A stretch of 64,000 nucleotides of DNA. Origin: Octopus vulgaris. Taxonomy: Eukaryota. Positions 27,812 to 41,002 of this stretch are shown here, piece after piece; position 1 is the first letter of the stretch, and every line of letters begins with the position of its first letter. The DNA is taken from positions 24,738,001 to 24,802,000 of the forward strand of contig OX597819.1 of assembly GCA_951406725.2 (NCBI GenBank). The letters are read 5' to 3'. Under the pieces are notes generated by a model. It ran no database searches, was not told the origin of the DNA, and was given only the letters and a program-made list of their open reading frames with translations. Both the position numbers and the translations under genes were made by a program.

Positions 27812-28256
27812 ATCTTTTCTACTATAGGCACAAGACCTGAAAATATTGGGAAGGGGGTTGGTCGATTACATCAACCGCAGTACTGAACTGATACTTATTT
27901 TATCGGATCCCGAAGAATGAAAGGCAAATTCAACCAGGGCATAATTTGAACTCAGAACGTTTTTAAGCCAGACGAACAGACGTTAAGCATTTTACCCGGC
28001 ATGTTTACGATTTTGCCAGCTCACCGCCTAATGAAAATGGTAATCCTTTCTAACAAAGGCACAAGGCCTAAAATTTGGTGGGAGGGGACTAGTCGATTAC
28101 ATCGACCTCAGTGGTTCACTGGTACTTATTTAATCGATTCCGAAAGGATGAAAGGCAAAGTCGACCTCGGCAGAGTTTGAACTCAGGGCGTAGCGATGGG
28201 CGAAAAACTGCTAAGCATTTCGTCTGGCGTGCTAACGATTCTGCCAGGTCGCCACC

Positions 28257-28257
<1 letters not shown>
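27812..28257 (-). mobile_element. Two tandem SINE family B copies
   Basis: gaaaggatgaaaggcaaagtcgacctcggc..tttgaactcag..gctaagcattt..ctgccag motif twice. Confidence 0.75.
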
Positions 28258-28258
<1 letters not shown>

Positions 28259-28316
<58 letters not shown>

Positions 28317-28359
28317 GTAATAATAATAATAATGGTGATGGTGATGGTGGTGGTGGTGG

Positions 28360-28407
<48 letters not shown>

Positions 28408-28440
28408 GGATGATAGCAACAACAACAACAGCAACAACAG
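28259..28440. repeat. Compound trinucleotide microsatellite (AAT, GGT, GAT, AAC)
   Basis: Direct reading. Confidence 0.95.
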
Positions 28441-29004
28441 GAAAAACAACAGCATCAACAAACAAACAACAGCAAAAGCAACAATAATGAAAAATATTGA
28501 TATTAATAATAACTATAATAACAATTTACGATTTAAACATAAGACATAAAATAACATGAAATTATGATATATATTAAGTATTTTTTTTTTTTACTTTTTA
28601 TCGTTCATTTCTTATTCTATATATTTTTTTTTATTTATTTCTATCATGAACACTGTTTCTATAGTAACTATTTGCTTGACTGGGTGCCCATTTTTTTGTG
28701 GAAATATCTCTAAGTGTTGCCGTGTTTAGTGTTGCGGAAGAAAAATTCGAACATAACTTGGTTGAATTCGATCCTACTGCAGATTCTATCAGTGGACATC
28801 AAAGCTGACATTTAGCCCTAATCGACCATAAGCCAACCATTAATGGAGGTCTGTTTTAAAGCTATCTATCAACAAAAACCATACCATCATGAGTGTGAGA
28901 GCTACACCAGAGCGCTAAACTAGCATGCATCTCCTGGGGTAGAGCTGTGGTGGGACTCTCACTGAGGATGGTATGTGTAGTTGTAATGTGGAACGAGAGA
29001 GGAA

Positions 29005-29760
29005 CGAGAGAGAGAGAGAGAGAGAGAGTGCATGGTGCGAAAGAGAAAGTGAAAGAGGCGGGAAGGGAAAGCGAGAGGGAGGGGAAGGTGGAAGAAGAGA
29101 GAGAGAGTGCATGGTGCGAAAGAGAAAGTGAAAGAGGCGGGAAGAGAAAGTGAGAGGGAGGGGAAGGTGGAAGAAGAGAGGAGAGAGAGAGAGAGAGAGA
29201 GAGAGTGCATGGTGCGAAAGAGAAAGTGAAAGAGGCGGGAAGAGAAAGAGAGAGGGAGGGGAAGGTGGAAGAAGAGAGGAGAGAGAGGGAGGGGAAGGTG
29301 GAAGAAGAGAGGAGAGAGTGAGAGAGAGAGTGCATGGTGCGAAAGAGAAAGTGAAAGAGGCGGGAAGAGAAAGCGAGAGGGAGGGGAGGGGAAGGTGGAA
29401 GAAGAAGAGAGAGAGAGAGAGAGAGTGCATGGTGCAAAAGAGAAAGTGAAAGAGGCGGGAAGAGAAAGCGAGAGGGAGGGGAAGGTGGAAGAAGAGAGGA
29501 GAGAGAGAGGGAGAGAGTGCATGGTGCGAAAGAGAAAGAGAAAGAGGCGGGAAGAGAAAGCGAGAGGAAGAGGAAGGTGGAAGAAGAGAGGAGAGAGAGA
29601 GAGAGAGTGCATGGTGCGAAAGAGAAAGTGAAAGAGGCGGGAAGAGAAAGCGAGAGGAAGGGGAAGGTGGAAGAAGAGAGAGAGAGACAGAGTGCATGGT
29701 GCGAAAGAAAAAGTGAAAGAGACGGGAAGAGAAAGCGAGAGGGAGGGAAGGTAGAAGAAG

Positions 29761-29795
<35 letters not shown>

Positions 29796-30095
29796 CATGG
29801 TGCGAAAGAGAAAGTGAAAGAGGCGGGAAGAGAAAGAGAGAGGAAGGGGAAGGTGGAAGAAGAGAAGGGAGAGAGAGAGAGAGAGTGCATGGTGTGAAAG
29901 AGAAAGTGAAAGAGGCGGGAAGAGAAAGCGAGAAGAAGGGGAAAGTGGAAGAAGAGAGGAGAGAGAGAGAGAGTGCATGGTGCGAAAGAGAAAGTGAAAG
30001 AGGGGGGAAGAGAAAGCGAGAGGGAGGGGAAGGTGGAAGAAGAGAGGAGAGAGAGAGAGGGGAGGAAAGAAAAGCAGATGGGAGGAGAGATAAAG

Positions 30096-30137
<42 letters not shown>

Positions 30138-30240
30138 CATGGTGCGAAAGAGAAAGTGAAAGAGGCGGGAAGAGAAAGCGAGAAGAATGGGAAAGTGGAA
30201 GAAGAGAGGGGAGAGAGAGAGAGTGCATGGTGCGAAAAGA
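29005..30240. repeat. Purine-rich minisatellite, 13 copies of an approximately 80-100 bp unit (two longer variants)
   Basis: gagtgcatggtgcgaaagagaaagtgaaagaggcgggaagagaaagcgagagggaggggaaggtggaagaagag(ag)n; the anchor gtgcatggtg was counted 13 times. Confidence 0.95.
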
Positions 30241-30453
30241 GTGAAGGGTTAGAGCGAAAAAGTAGATAGAAGAATGAGAGTGACAAGAAAGCCATTAGAG
30301 AGAGAGAGAGTTAGAGAGAGAGAGAGAGAGAGAGAGTTAGAGAGAGAGAGAGAGTTAGAGAGAGAGTTAGAGAGAGAGAGAGAGAGAGAGAGTTAGAGAG
30401 AGAAAGAAAGACAGAGAGAAAGAGAGAGAGAAAGGGATAAAAGGAGAGAGAGT

Positions 30454-30496
<43 letters not shown>

Positions 30497-31119
30497 TGTG
30501 TCTGTGTGTATTAAGAGAACGGAGAAGAAAGATCTTAAAGAGTTAGTAATAAAGAAGAAACGCGCGAGAGAGAAGACAACAGAAATAGAATGAAACGGGG
30601 AAATAGAAGGGAAAGGAATGTCAAGGAAAGAGGAGAAAAGGGGAGAGGAGGAAAATGGAAGGAGAGAGAGTGGGGTTTGGAGAAGTTATACAGGTGAGAA
30701 GGGAAGAGAAGTAGGAAGGGAGAGGAGAGAAAAATAAAACAAAAACGAAAAGTACCAAAGAGGATATATAGAGTGAGAGTGAGTGAAAGAGTGTGAGAGA
30801 TAGAGAGAGAGAAACAGAGAAACAGAGAGAGAGAGAGAAGTGATTAAGAGAGGAGAAAATTCTAAAAACGAAAAGATAAAAAGAATTTGTTGGTTTCAAA
30901 TTTTGGTTCAAGGGCAAGCTAAGCATTTTGTCCGGTGAGCTAAGGTCTCTGTCAGTTCGCCGCCTTAAATACAGAGAATGTACTGGTTTCAGCATTTTAG
31001 CACAAGATCAGCAATTTCGGGGGACGGGAGTAAGTCAACCGCAGTGATCAACTGGTACTTTATTTTAACGACCTCGGAAGTATAAAAGAATTTTTGAAGA
31101 GCCCAAGCCTTCTGAAGTT

Positions 31120-31365
31120 GCTTATTTCTTTACTTCCGACAAGGGGCTGAACATAGAGGGGACAAACAAGGACAGACAAACGGATTAAGTCTTTTTTATA
31201 TCAACCCCAGTGCGTAACTGGTACTTAATGTATCGACCCCGAAAGGATGAAAGGCAAAGTCGACATCGGTGGAATTTGAACCCAGAACGTAAAGACCAAT
31301 AAAATTATGCTAAGCACTTAAAGACCAATAAAATTATGCTAACGATGCTGCTAGCTCGCCGCCTT
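31120..31365 (-). mobile_element. SINE family B
   Basis: Reverse complement of the 25601 and 44680 elements. Confidence 0.8.
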
Positions 31366-31520
31366 AGGTAAAGAGAATAGTACTAGCTACGGCGGTACAT
31401 ATTCTAAAATTAGGTAACGAGAATATATTAAAAGAGAGAGGTGGTGTGGAGAAAGAGAGACAGACAGATATAGAGAGTGAGGCTAAAGAATGTTCTTGTA
31501 GACTTTTGCCAAAGTACTCA

Positions 31521-31913
31521 TCTTTATATATAAAAGTGAAGTTGTGTGTCTGTCTCCTACGATTTAGATTCCTAACTACTCCCACATTTTGCGGTGCAGT
31601 GTAACCAAAAGCGGGTATCTTATAGTCGTGATTCATATCGAGCCCTTCTGGGTATTAGCGCGCGTCTACGATGAGTCTACGATTTAAAAAAAAATTTACC
31701 ATCATTTTTCCCATTTTTAATGCATTTTTTTCAATTATATAAGGGAAGTAACTCTCTAAAAATGTATTATTAAATCTCAGAACGTAAAAAGCTACAGTAA
31801 CAACCCCCTTTGTGGTTAGCCATATTGAGATGGCTATTATACTTTACATCTCTAAAAATGCTTATATAGTTATTTCCCTTACAAACCCGAGCAACGCCGG
31901 GCGATACTGCTAG
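31521..31913 (+). mobile_element. Non-autonomous Helitron, variant 2
   Basis: A|TC 5' end at 31520-31522, 3' hairpin and CTAG|T at 31910-31914, no TSD. Confidence 0.9.
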
Positions 31914-32126
31914 TAAGACATAAATAGCAAATAAATGAGGCAAGAAAATAATCTCACTCTCATTCTCCACGCCTCCTACAAGGCTGCTGCTGATAAATCG
32001 ATCTATAAGCTATCTTATTGGCTAAACTATGGGCTAAAAATATATGCTAAAACTATAGGCCAAATATAGGCTTAAAACATTTAAGATAAATTACGTTCTT
32101 CACTCTCGGCTTATTATTATAATTTG

Positions 32127-32495
32127 TGGAGGTGCAGTGGCCCAGTGGTTAGGGCAGCGGATTCGCGGTTTCGATTCCCAGACCGGGCGTTGTGAGTGTT
32201 TATTGAGCGAAAACACCTAAAGCTCCACGAGGCTCCGGCAGGGGATGGTGGTGATCCCTGCTGTACTCTTTCACCACAACTTTCTCTCACTCTTACTTCC
32301 TGTTTCTGTTGTACCTGTATTTCAAGGGGCCGGCCTTGTCACTCTCTGTGTCACGCTAAATATCCCCGAGGACTACGTTAAGGGTACACGTGTCTGTGGA
32401 GTGCTCAGCCACTTACACGTTAATTTCACGAGCAGGCTGTTCCGTTGATCGGATCAACCGGAACCCTCGTCGTCGTAACCGACAGAGTGCTTCCA
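32127..32495 (+). mobile_element. SINE family C
   Basis: Matches 13074-13457 with a short deletion in the head. Confidence 0.9.
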
Positions 32496-32496
32496 T

Positions 32497-32531
<35 letters not shown>

Positions 32532-33856
32532 GCACGCACGTATACACACACACACACACACGCACGCACGCACGTATACACACACACAAACTTCCTTTAC
32601 ACATACAAACTTCCTTTAAGGAAAGAGACTTTGTTTCACATACTTTTAGAAGCACTTGAAATGTGGATATGATACGAATGATTTTGATAGCAAATCTGCC
32701 CGTTCAGAACTGACATATGGCTTGCGGACGCATAATATATCCGGGCCATCACCAGTGTCCCACGGCTCAACAATAAAAACAACTACCACCAAGGAAAACA
32801 TCAACAACAATATCACCACCACCACCATCACCAACAACAACAAAAACAACAACAGCACCACTACCACCAGAAATAATCTTATTTAGCAGATGCTAGTGCG
32901 TAACAATTGTACACTAAGTTGGCATATGTACAGAAATTCGCAACAGATTTATTGCCGGAGCGGAACCGAGATATCAAAGAGATTTTCGGGAGATTCTATT
33001 AAATGAAAATTAATCATAACATTTGATTTGATTTTCTACGCATGAGAAATAATCGATTACTTGGGCAACAAATATCTGGTAGAAAAAATATCAGTTGGGG
33101 TTCGTTTTATATATTTTTTTCACACGTAAGCATAATCACATATATACACTCGCACATGCATGGTTGTGCATGTACAATCATACATTTGATACATCTCCAT
33201 ACACACACACACACACATATATATATATATGTACATATATATATACACATATGTACACACGTATATATACATACACACACACACACACACATATATATAC
33301 ATACAAACACGCACACACATACACAGAAGCGCACTCACATATATATGTATATACACATACATACATATAGCTATATCTATGCAGGCATATATATATATAT
33401 AATATTATGTTTTATATTCATACATATATTCATACATATGTTTACCTATATCAATATGTATGTACATATATATATATATATACAAGCATACACATGTTTA
33501 CCTACTTCAGTAGGGCTGAACACATAAATACATACATGCATATTGCTAGATTTTATGGGCATGATAATGAGCATGTTGAAGCATATGCTGTCTTACACTC
33601 TCTGCGCATACGCCTTATAAATGCCTTTCACAAAAAGACGCAATAACCGAACATAAAAGATCGTAATCTTACGGCTTAAGAAAGATAAGTTCCTACCCTA
33701 CCAGTGGCATAGGATGTGTCCTAGCAAGAGGGTTAAGCGCCTGAAAATCTCCAATCTGATTTATACGACAGAAAATCATTGAAGTGCAGAATTTAAACCA
33801 AATGCTGTGACACATCGTACTTGAACGGTTTAAAATATAACGTTCAATCCTGTTAA

Positions 33857-33922
<66 letters not shown>

Positions 33923-35161
33923 ATATCTATATATGTGTGTATATGCAAGTATATATCATTTTATCTGTGTATGTGTGTGAGGTGTGTGGTGCTCCAGCGT
34001 GGCCACAGTATTTGTGCTGAAACATATAAAGAATATATAATATATAACACACATACATACATATATATATATACATACATACATATATATAGATATATAG
34101 ATAGATAGATAGATATAGAATAAGTACTGGGCTTACAAAGAATAAGTCCCGGGGTCGATTTGCTCGACTAAAGGCGGTGCCCCAGCATGGCCGCAGTCAA
34201 ATGACTGAAACAAGTAAAAGAGAATTAAAGATATATATATATATATATTATTTTAGTTGTTTCAGTCATTTTACTGCGGCCATGCTGGAGCACCGCCTTT
34301 AATCAAACTAATCGAAGCCAGAACTTAATTCTTTGTAAGAATAGTACTTATTCTATTTCTTTTGCCGAAACGCTATGTAATGGGGACGTAAACACACTAA
34401 CATCACATCGGTTGTCAAGCGATGGTAGGGGGAAAAATACAGACATACAAACATATACATACATTTACATACATAAGAAGCCTGTCGTATATATATATAT
34501 ATATATCTATATATATACGATGGTCTTCTTTGAGTTTCCGTCTACCAAATCCACTCAGAAGGCTATGGTTGGCCAAGGTGCTACATAGTAGGAGTGAACC
34601 TGGAACCATGTCGTTGAAAAGCAAGCTTCTTACCACACAGCCATTTTTACTTGTTTCGGTCATTGGACTACGGCCATGCTAGGGTACCGTCTTGAAGAAT
34701 TTTCGTCGAAAGAATCGATCTCGTAGCTTATATGCTTTTAAAACCAGGTAAATAGTCTACCGGTCTCTTTTGCCGAATCGCTAAGTTACGTGGTCGTAAA
34801 AACACCGACACCAATGGGCAAGTGATGGTGGGGGGACAAACACAGCCATCAAAAGACAAACACATTTATATATATATATATATATACGACGGCACGTCCA
34901 ATCAAACACACACACACACACAGATACATGCATACACACAAACATGCACACACAAACAGATATAAAGTAAAAGGTTGACTCTACTCCATATGATTTAAAG
35001 TTTCGTGAGTGCATAGGAGGCGTCCAAATCATCAGATGTTCGGAAAATGTCACTTTAAGTCATATAGAGCTGAGTCTGTTACTAAATGCACGGAACTCCA
35101 GCCAGATGTGTTGAGTGCAACGGTCTTTCGTCTGTTCACTCACTGGTGTATCTGTATATAA

Positions 35162-35208
<47 letters not shown>

Positions 35209-35432
35209 GTGCATTTATATGAATACTTTTACATACAAACACTTGAAATTAAACAAAGCTATGCTATGCAATTGATACACAAACACACACACACACACAT
35301 ATAATATTATCCATATATTCTCTGGACACTAATCTCTGCTTCTGGCAGTCAAAAGTTCATAAAAATATGTGGGTGGGCATATCTTGCCTCTTCAACTGTA
35401 TCAGCAACAAGAATCGCTTGAGAATTTAATTG

Positions 35433-35480
<48 letters not shown>

Positions 35481-35505
35481 AACACACACACAAACACACA
35501 GACAC

Positions 35506-35647
<142 letters not shown>

Positions 35648-35694
35648 ACACACATACACACAAACACACACACACACATACACACACACAAACA

Positions 35695-35769
<75 letters not shown>

Positions 35770-35944
35770 GCCGTACTGCAGAACACCGTAATGCACTTGA
35801 AATAGCCAAAACAAGAATAACATGAATACGCTCAATTTGCTTTGTGAAACCCTATCCAAAATTGCTGGCATCGCCGAAATTTTTTTTTTTTTTTTCGAAA
35901 CGGAATTTAAAATTTACTTAAAGAAATATGCTGTAGTTGTAATT

Positions 35945-36325
35945 GTGGAGGTGCAATGGCCCAGTGGCCCAGTGGTTAGGGTAGTGGACTCGCGGTCATA
36001 GGATCGCGGTTTCCATTCCCAGACCGGGCGTTGTGAGTGTTTATTGAGCGAAAACACCTAAACGCTCCACGAGGCTCCGGCAGGGGATGGTGGTGATCCC
36101 TGCTGTACTCTTTCACCACAACTTTCTCTCACTCTTACTTCCTGTTTCTGTTGTACCTGTATTTCAAGGGGCCGGCCTTGTCACGCTGAATATCCCCGAG
36201 AACTACGTTAAGGGTACACGTGTCTGTAGAGTGCTCAGCCACTTACACGTTAATTTCACGAGCAGGCTGTTCCGTTGATCGGATCAACCGGAACCCTCGT
36301 CGTCGTAACCGACGGAGTGCTTCCA
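35945..36325 (+). mobile_element. SINE family C
   Basis: Matches 13074-13457. Confidence 0.9.
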
Positions 36326-36451
36326 GGGTCGATAAATTAAGAATCTGTTACGTACTGAAGTCGATAGCCACCGCCCCCTAAAAACATTTCAGGCATTGTG
36401 TCTATAATAGAAATCACCATTTAGTTTATTGTGAACTAGATTGTCCAATGT

Positions 36452-36707
36452 GTGGAGGCGCGTGGCTTAGTGGTTAGGGTGTCAGCATCATGATCGTAAG
36501 ATTGTGGTTTCGATTCCTGGACCGGGCGACGCGTTGTGTTCTTGAGCAAAACACTTCATTTCACGTTGCTCCAGTTCACTCAGGTGGCAAAAGTGAGTAA
36601 TCCGTCCAGCTGGGGAACACATAAGTCATAGAAACCGGAATACCGGGCTCCTGAGCCTGTCTAGGCTTTAAAAGGGCGCATTTATTATTATTATTATTTT
36701 TGTTTTT
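36452..36707 (+). mobile_element. tRNA-derived CORE-like SINE with 15-bp TSD
   Basis: tRNA head (tggcttagtggtt, ggtttcgattcc), CORE-like tgtgttcttgagcaaaacacttcatttc, (TTA)n tail. TSD tagattgtccaatgt at 36437-36451 and 36708-36722. Confidence 0.85.
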
Positions 36708-37250
36708 TAGATTGTCCAATGTAGGTGAAGGCATGACTGTGCATATAATCGCCGGCCTGGATGTGTATATAGGCGTAAGCTTCGCAATCACGTGGTTTTG
36801 GGCTCAGTCCTACAGCATGGTATCTTGAGCAAGTGTCTTAGAGTAGCTTTATTAGTAAATTTGGTAGACGAAAACTGTTTGGAAGCCAGTCGTGTAACCA
36901 TGATGGTCCAGTGATCTAACGAGATAGATTTCTTAATTTGCACTAATTTTTGAATGTACACTTGTATTGCATACTGCTGAGTATACATATATGTGCAACC
37001 ATGTATGTATAATTTCTTGCATAGTGAAATTGATACTCCATAAAGGTTACGAAGTGGCCATAACCCTATGAGGTTACATGGTTAAATAAATGAATATATA
37101 TTCAGCTTCAAACCTCTTCACTTTATGTTTATTTGTGTGTGGGTTTGTCTTTTTTTGTTTGTTCTCACACCACTTCATAATAGATGTTTGCTTCTTTATG
37201 TATCCACAATCTAGCGGTTCATTAGTAGATAACTATAGAATAAGCATCTG

Positions 37251-38697
37251 ATGGCTGTGTGGTAAGTAGCTTGCTAACCTACCACATGGTTCCGGGTTCA
37301 GTCCCACTGCGTGGCATCTTGGGCAAGTGTCTTCTGCTATAGCCCCGGGCCGACCAATGCCTTGTGAGTGGATTTGGTAGACGGAAACTGAAAGAAGCCT
37401 GTCGTATATATGTATATATATATATATAATTTTAATCCAAACGGGAAAACAGAAAAAACAACAACACGTGGAACAATTACAGTATTATTATTAATAGGCG
37501 CTCAGGAAAGATGGAAGCAGGAAGGTATGACGTTTCGAGCGGAGCTCTTCGTCGGAAACATAAAGAAGGAAGAGAGAGGAAAGAAAGATCCCAAAGTGGG
37601 CAACAAGAGGGAGAAAAAAAAACGACTGGTGTTTACGAAGTACACATGGTGAAAGGCGGAAGTTTACGATAACAAGAGCAAAGTAGGTTTTTAAAGCCAA
37701 AAGAGTGGAGACAGGGTTGGTAACGCAACAGATGTGTGTGTATGTGTGAGTGTGTGCGTGTGCGTGTGTGTATGTGTGTGTGAGGCGAGATAAAAAAACA
37801 AAAAATATATGTATATGTTAGTGTGTGCGTCTTTGTGTAGGCGTGTGAGGTAGGGCGAACAGTAGTAGGCATAGCAGACAGTGGTCAGTAGTAAGAAAAT
37901 GAAGGAAGGAGGAAGGGAGGGAGGGGAAGGGGTGGGGGCGTATGTAACGTGCCAGCGTGTGTGTTGAGTAGTAGTGTGTGTGTGTCCAGTGTCGTAGTTG
38001 TATGTATGGCGAGTAGATTTGAAGTGTGTGTAAGAGTAATGTATATATTTAAGCAAATGTGTGTGTGTGAGTGGGTGTATGTATGTGTGCGCGTGTGTGT
38101 AACAAAAAGGGGGGTGTTATAAGGAAAAAGGACTCCAGCTGAGGGGAAGATGGAAGAGTGGTCCCGCGGAGACGGGCGTGGGAGAACCCAATGACAGGCG
38201 ACGGCCCCAGAAACGAGCGGGAGGTCTCGTCGGGTCCAAGAGCGAGGTGCATGCATGCGCGTATGCGTGCGCGAACCGGCGCAAGCGCGTGTGTGCGCGC
38301 GCCTGCGAGTGTGTGTGTAAGTATGTATGTGTGTGGATGTGTGAGTGTGTCTGTGTGTATGTCTGGGTGTCAGTGTGTCCGATGAATGTATGTAAGTATG
38401 TGTGTATATATGTGTGTGCATAGATGTATGTCCGTGTGTGTGTGTGTGTGTATGTGTATATATATATAAGTGTGTGTGTATATGTTTGTGTGTCTGTGTT
38501 TGTCCCTCTAGCATTGCTTGACAACCGATGCTGGTGTGTTTACGTCCCCGTCACTTAGCGGTTCGGCAAAAGAGACCGATAGAATAAGTACTGGGCTTAC
38601 AAAGAATAAGTCTCGGGGTCGATTTGCTCGACTAAAGGCGGTGCTCCAGCATGGCCACAGTCAAATGACTGAAACAAGTAAAAGAGTAAAAGAGTAA
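37251..38697 (+). mobile_element. SINE family A split by an insertion of about 1 kb in its internal (TA)n
   Basis: 5' half at 37251-37428 and 3' half at about 38455-38697 are collinear with intact copies. Confidence 0.88.
37525..37559 (-). ncRNA. Minimal type I hammerhead-like motif (core CCGACGA)
   Basis: Minus strand reads gttt-CCGACGA-a-gagc(tcc)gctc-GAAA-CGTC-atac, with a GUC triplet. Downstream ttcctgagcgcc motif is shared with the 9080 and 15900 segments. Confidence 0.65.
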
Positions 38698-39108
38698 ATA
38701 CTACTGTTGTCGAGTTCTTTGGCCAAACCCTTTTAGGTGGCACCCCAGCATGACTGAAATCCAACGACCGATAGAAGGAAAGAAGACTATGTTAGTCACT
38801 TATATTTAAGATGGGAGAGTGCGATGTGATTCGAAGGACGATTGATGCTTTAAATGAATGGTGAAATAGATGTTTGTTGGATGGTTGAAAATAAAGAACG
38901 TGACAACAGCTATAGAAATTAGTGATTGCTTGGAAAAATACACATGTGGTAAAAATATAATTTCGTTAATAGGATAACGAATGTGATATACTCAAAGACT
39001 TGATTATATAGCTCCTTGATGTTGAGAAATTCTGTAATGAAGTCGTGAAAAAAAAATTCTTTGGCTTCACAGAAGAGCATTTAAGATATACTTTTACATT
39101 CAACTCAC

Positions 39109-39207
39109 TAGCCCCGGAACTACTTTGGCAATCAATTGCGGCAACCATCGACATTTCGACTGTTGGACCCTCCCTCATACATTCATTTCGTCTGTCTTGG
39201 CAGTTGG
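39109..39207 (-). CDS. Candidate isolated internal exon (99 nt, phase 1-1), ShK-like Cys spacing, possibly degenerate
   Basis: Acceptor ctttttaacgtaacgtctgcag|, donor |gtgagt, open frame (A)NCQDRRNECMREGPTVEMSMVAAIDCQSSSGA. No partner exons identified. Confidence 0.3.
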
Positions 39208-39346
39208 CTGCAGACGTTACGTTAAAAAGGCCGGGGTTTTTGAATACGTAATTCTATCGTTGAAGGAAAAATAATTACGTAAATAACTTACTTTGATGTA
39301 TTCCCTACTCTATTGGTACTGATGTTTCAAGTAAGAGACATAATCA

Positions 39347-39382
<36 letters not shown>

Positions 39383-39396
39383 TGTATGTATGTATG

Positions 39397-39430
<34 letters not shown>

Positions 39431-40348
39431 TGTATGTATGTATGTATGTATGTATGTATGTATGTATATATATATTTATGTGTATATGATATGTATATAT
39501 ATATATATGTGTGCGTGTGTATGTATATGTATATATCTGTGTATGTATGTATATATATATATATATATATATGTATATGTATGTGTGTATGCATATGTGT
39601 CTGTGTGCCTACACTTGCACTCAAACACACATATGTATGTATGTATAGATTCAGATGAACAGAACGAAGAAAAAAACAGTAACAAATATGCGTATTATTA
39701 TATTTCTTCATAAGTGCCATGCATGAAACCCTCATAGTTTGAGTCATTTGGTAACTCCTGTTGATTAAAGATAATGAAAAATATGGGAATATATATATAT
39801 ATATGTAAAAAAATATTCAAACTGGGACAAGAACGCAAAACATTTAGAAGACGATACAAAAAACACGGACGGGACATTCGAAGCCTTCAATCTTCAGTCA
39901 AGAACCGGATCATCCTCGCAATTTCGGCTGATTAATCTTGAGATTGCTCCGATCTGGCCAGCCCCAAAGGAAAATCTAAGCCAAGCTCATTAGATTCCTT
40001 GGCATATATATCCACATATTTTTCATTATCTTTGAAATATATATATATATATATATATTATGTATGTATGCATGTATTATGTATTTGTTATGCCACACTT
40101 AGGAGTTTACTCTTGGTAGGTACTTAGGAGTACTATTAAGGTTGCGGATTACCTAACAACACCGAATGAACTTTATCCATACCTGCACAGCGTAATTCTC
40201 TCTACCCAATTAATGGCGTTCCTCATTTTGGTTTGCCTTAATTATTTATGGAACCACTGCATTCGCAATTATGTATATATATATATATTTCGTTTTGGGA
40301 TTTGGCTTGCAAGGTTCTTTATATGAGTTCGTGTGTTGAAGCACATTC

Positions 40349-40602
40349 TGTTGTGTCTGGGGAGAGTCATTTTCTTTTTGTGCCTTATAATGTAACACAC
40401 TCACCGGTAAAATTTCCACTTATTTCTTATTTTTATTTTCCTCAAATTTTCGTTGCGTCTTGCAACCTTTTCAATAGTCTTCAAGAGTCAAGACTATTGA
40501 AAAGGCTGCAAGACGCAACGAAAATTTGAGGAAAATAATATTCAGAAATAAGTGGAAATTTTATAGGCACAAAAAAAAAAATGACTCTCTCCAGACACAA
40601 CA

Positions 40603-40603
<1 letters not shown>
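40349..40603. mobile_element. Palindromic Penelope-like terminus pair with a divergent hammerhead-like motif in each arm
   Basis: The arms are reverse complements around caagagtc (40482-40489). Each arm carries CTATTGA-aaag-g(t/c)tgc(aagac)gcaac-GAAAATTT. Flanked by (TA)n. A truncated relative lies at 48198-48240. Confidence 0.6.
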
Positions 40604-40658
<55 letters not shown>

Positions 40659-40659
<1 letters not shown>

Positions 40660-40880
40660 CGGGGTAGGGGGCTGAAAAGTTCCCGGCTTTAGGTAAAGGA
40701 AAATACGGGTGGATCATTTAATTATGATTTTATTGAGCATACTCTTCTCTCAGATTCTCACACTTATTGCAGCGATCTTTCAGTTTTTTTAAGCTCTGTT
40801 AAAGAACTCGGAAGGTTGAGCCTACAGCCAGGCCTTATGCAATACACTTCAAGCCAGGAACTTTTTCAGCACCCCTCGTG
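40659..40880. mobile_element. Mariner-like MITE
   Basis: TIRs ggggctgaaaagttcccggctt and aagccaggaactttttcagcacccc(tcgtg). Confidence 0.7.
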
Positions 40881-40921
40881 GATGTGTATATACATGCATA
40901 CACACATATACACATACATAT

Positions 40922-40976
<55 letters not shown>

Positions 40977-41002
40977 CATACACACACATACATATATATA
41001 TA

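Noticed and set aside
28862-30295. 477, 437 and 393 aa Ser/Leu/Phe-rich ORFs
   Set aside because: Open in all three minus frames because the pyrimidine strand of the minisatellite almost cannot form stops.
38205-38240. CCGACGA..GTTTC motif in the GC-rich block
   Set aside because: The GAAAC is on the opposite strand to the core, so no hammerhead can form.
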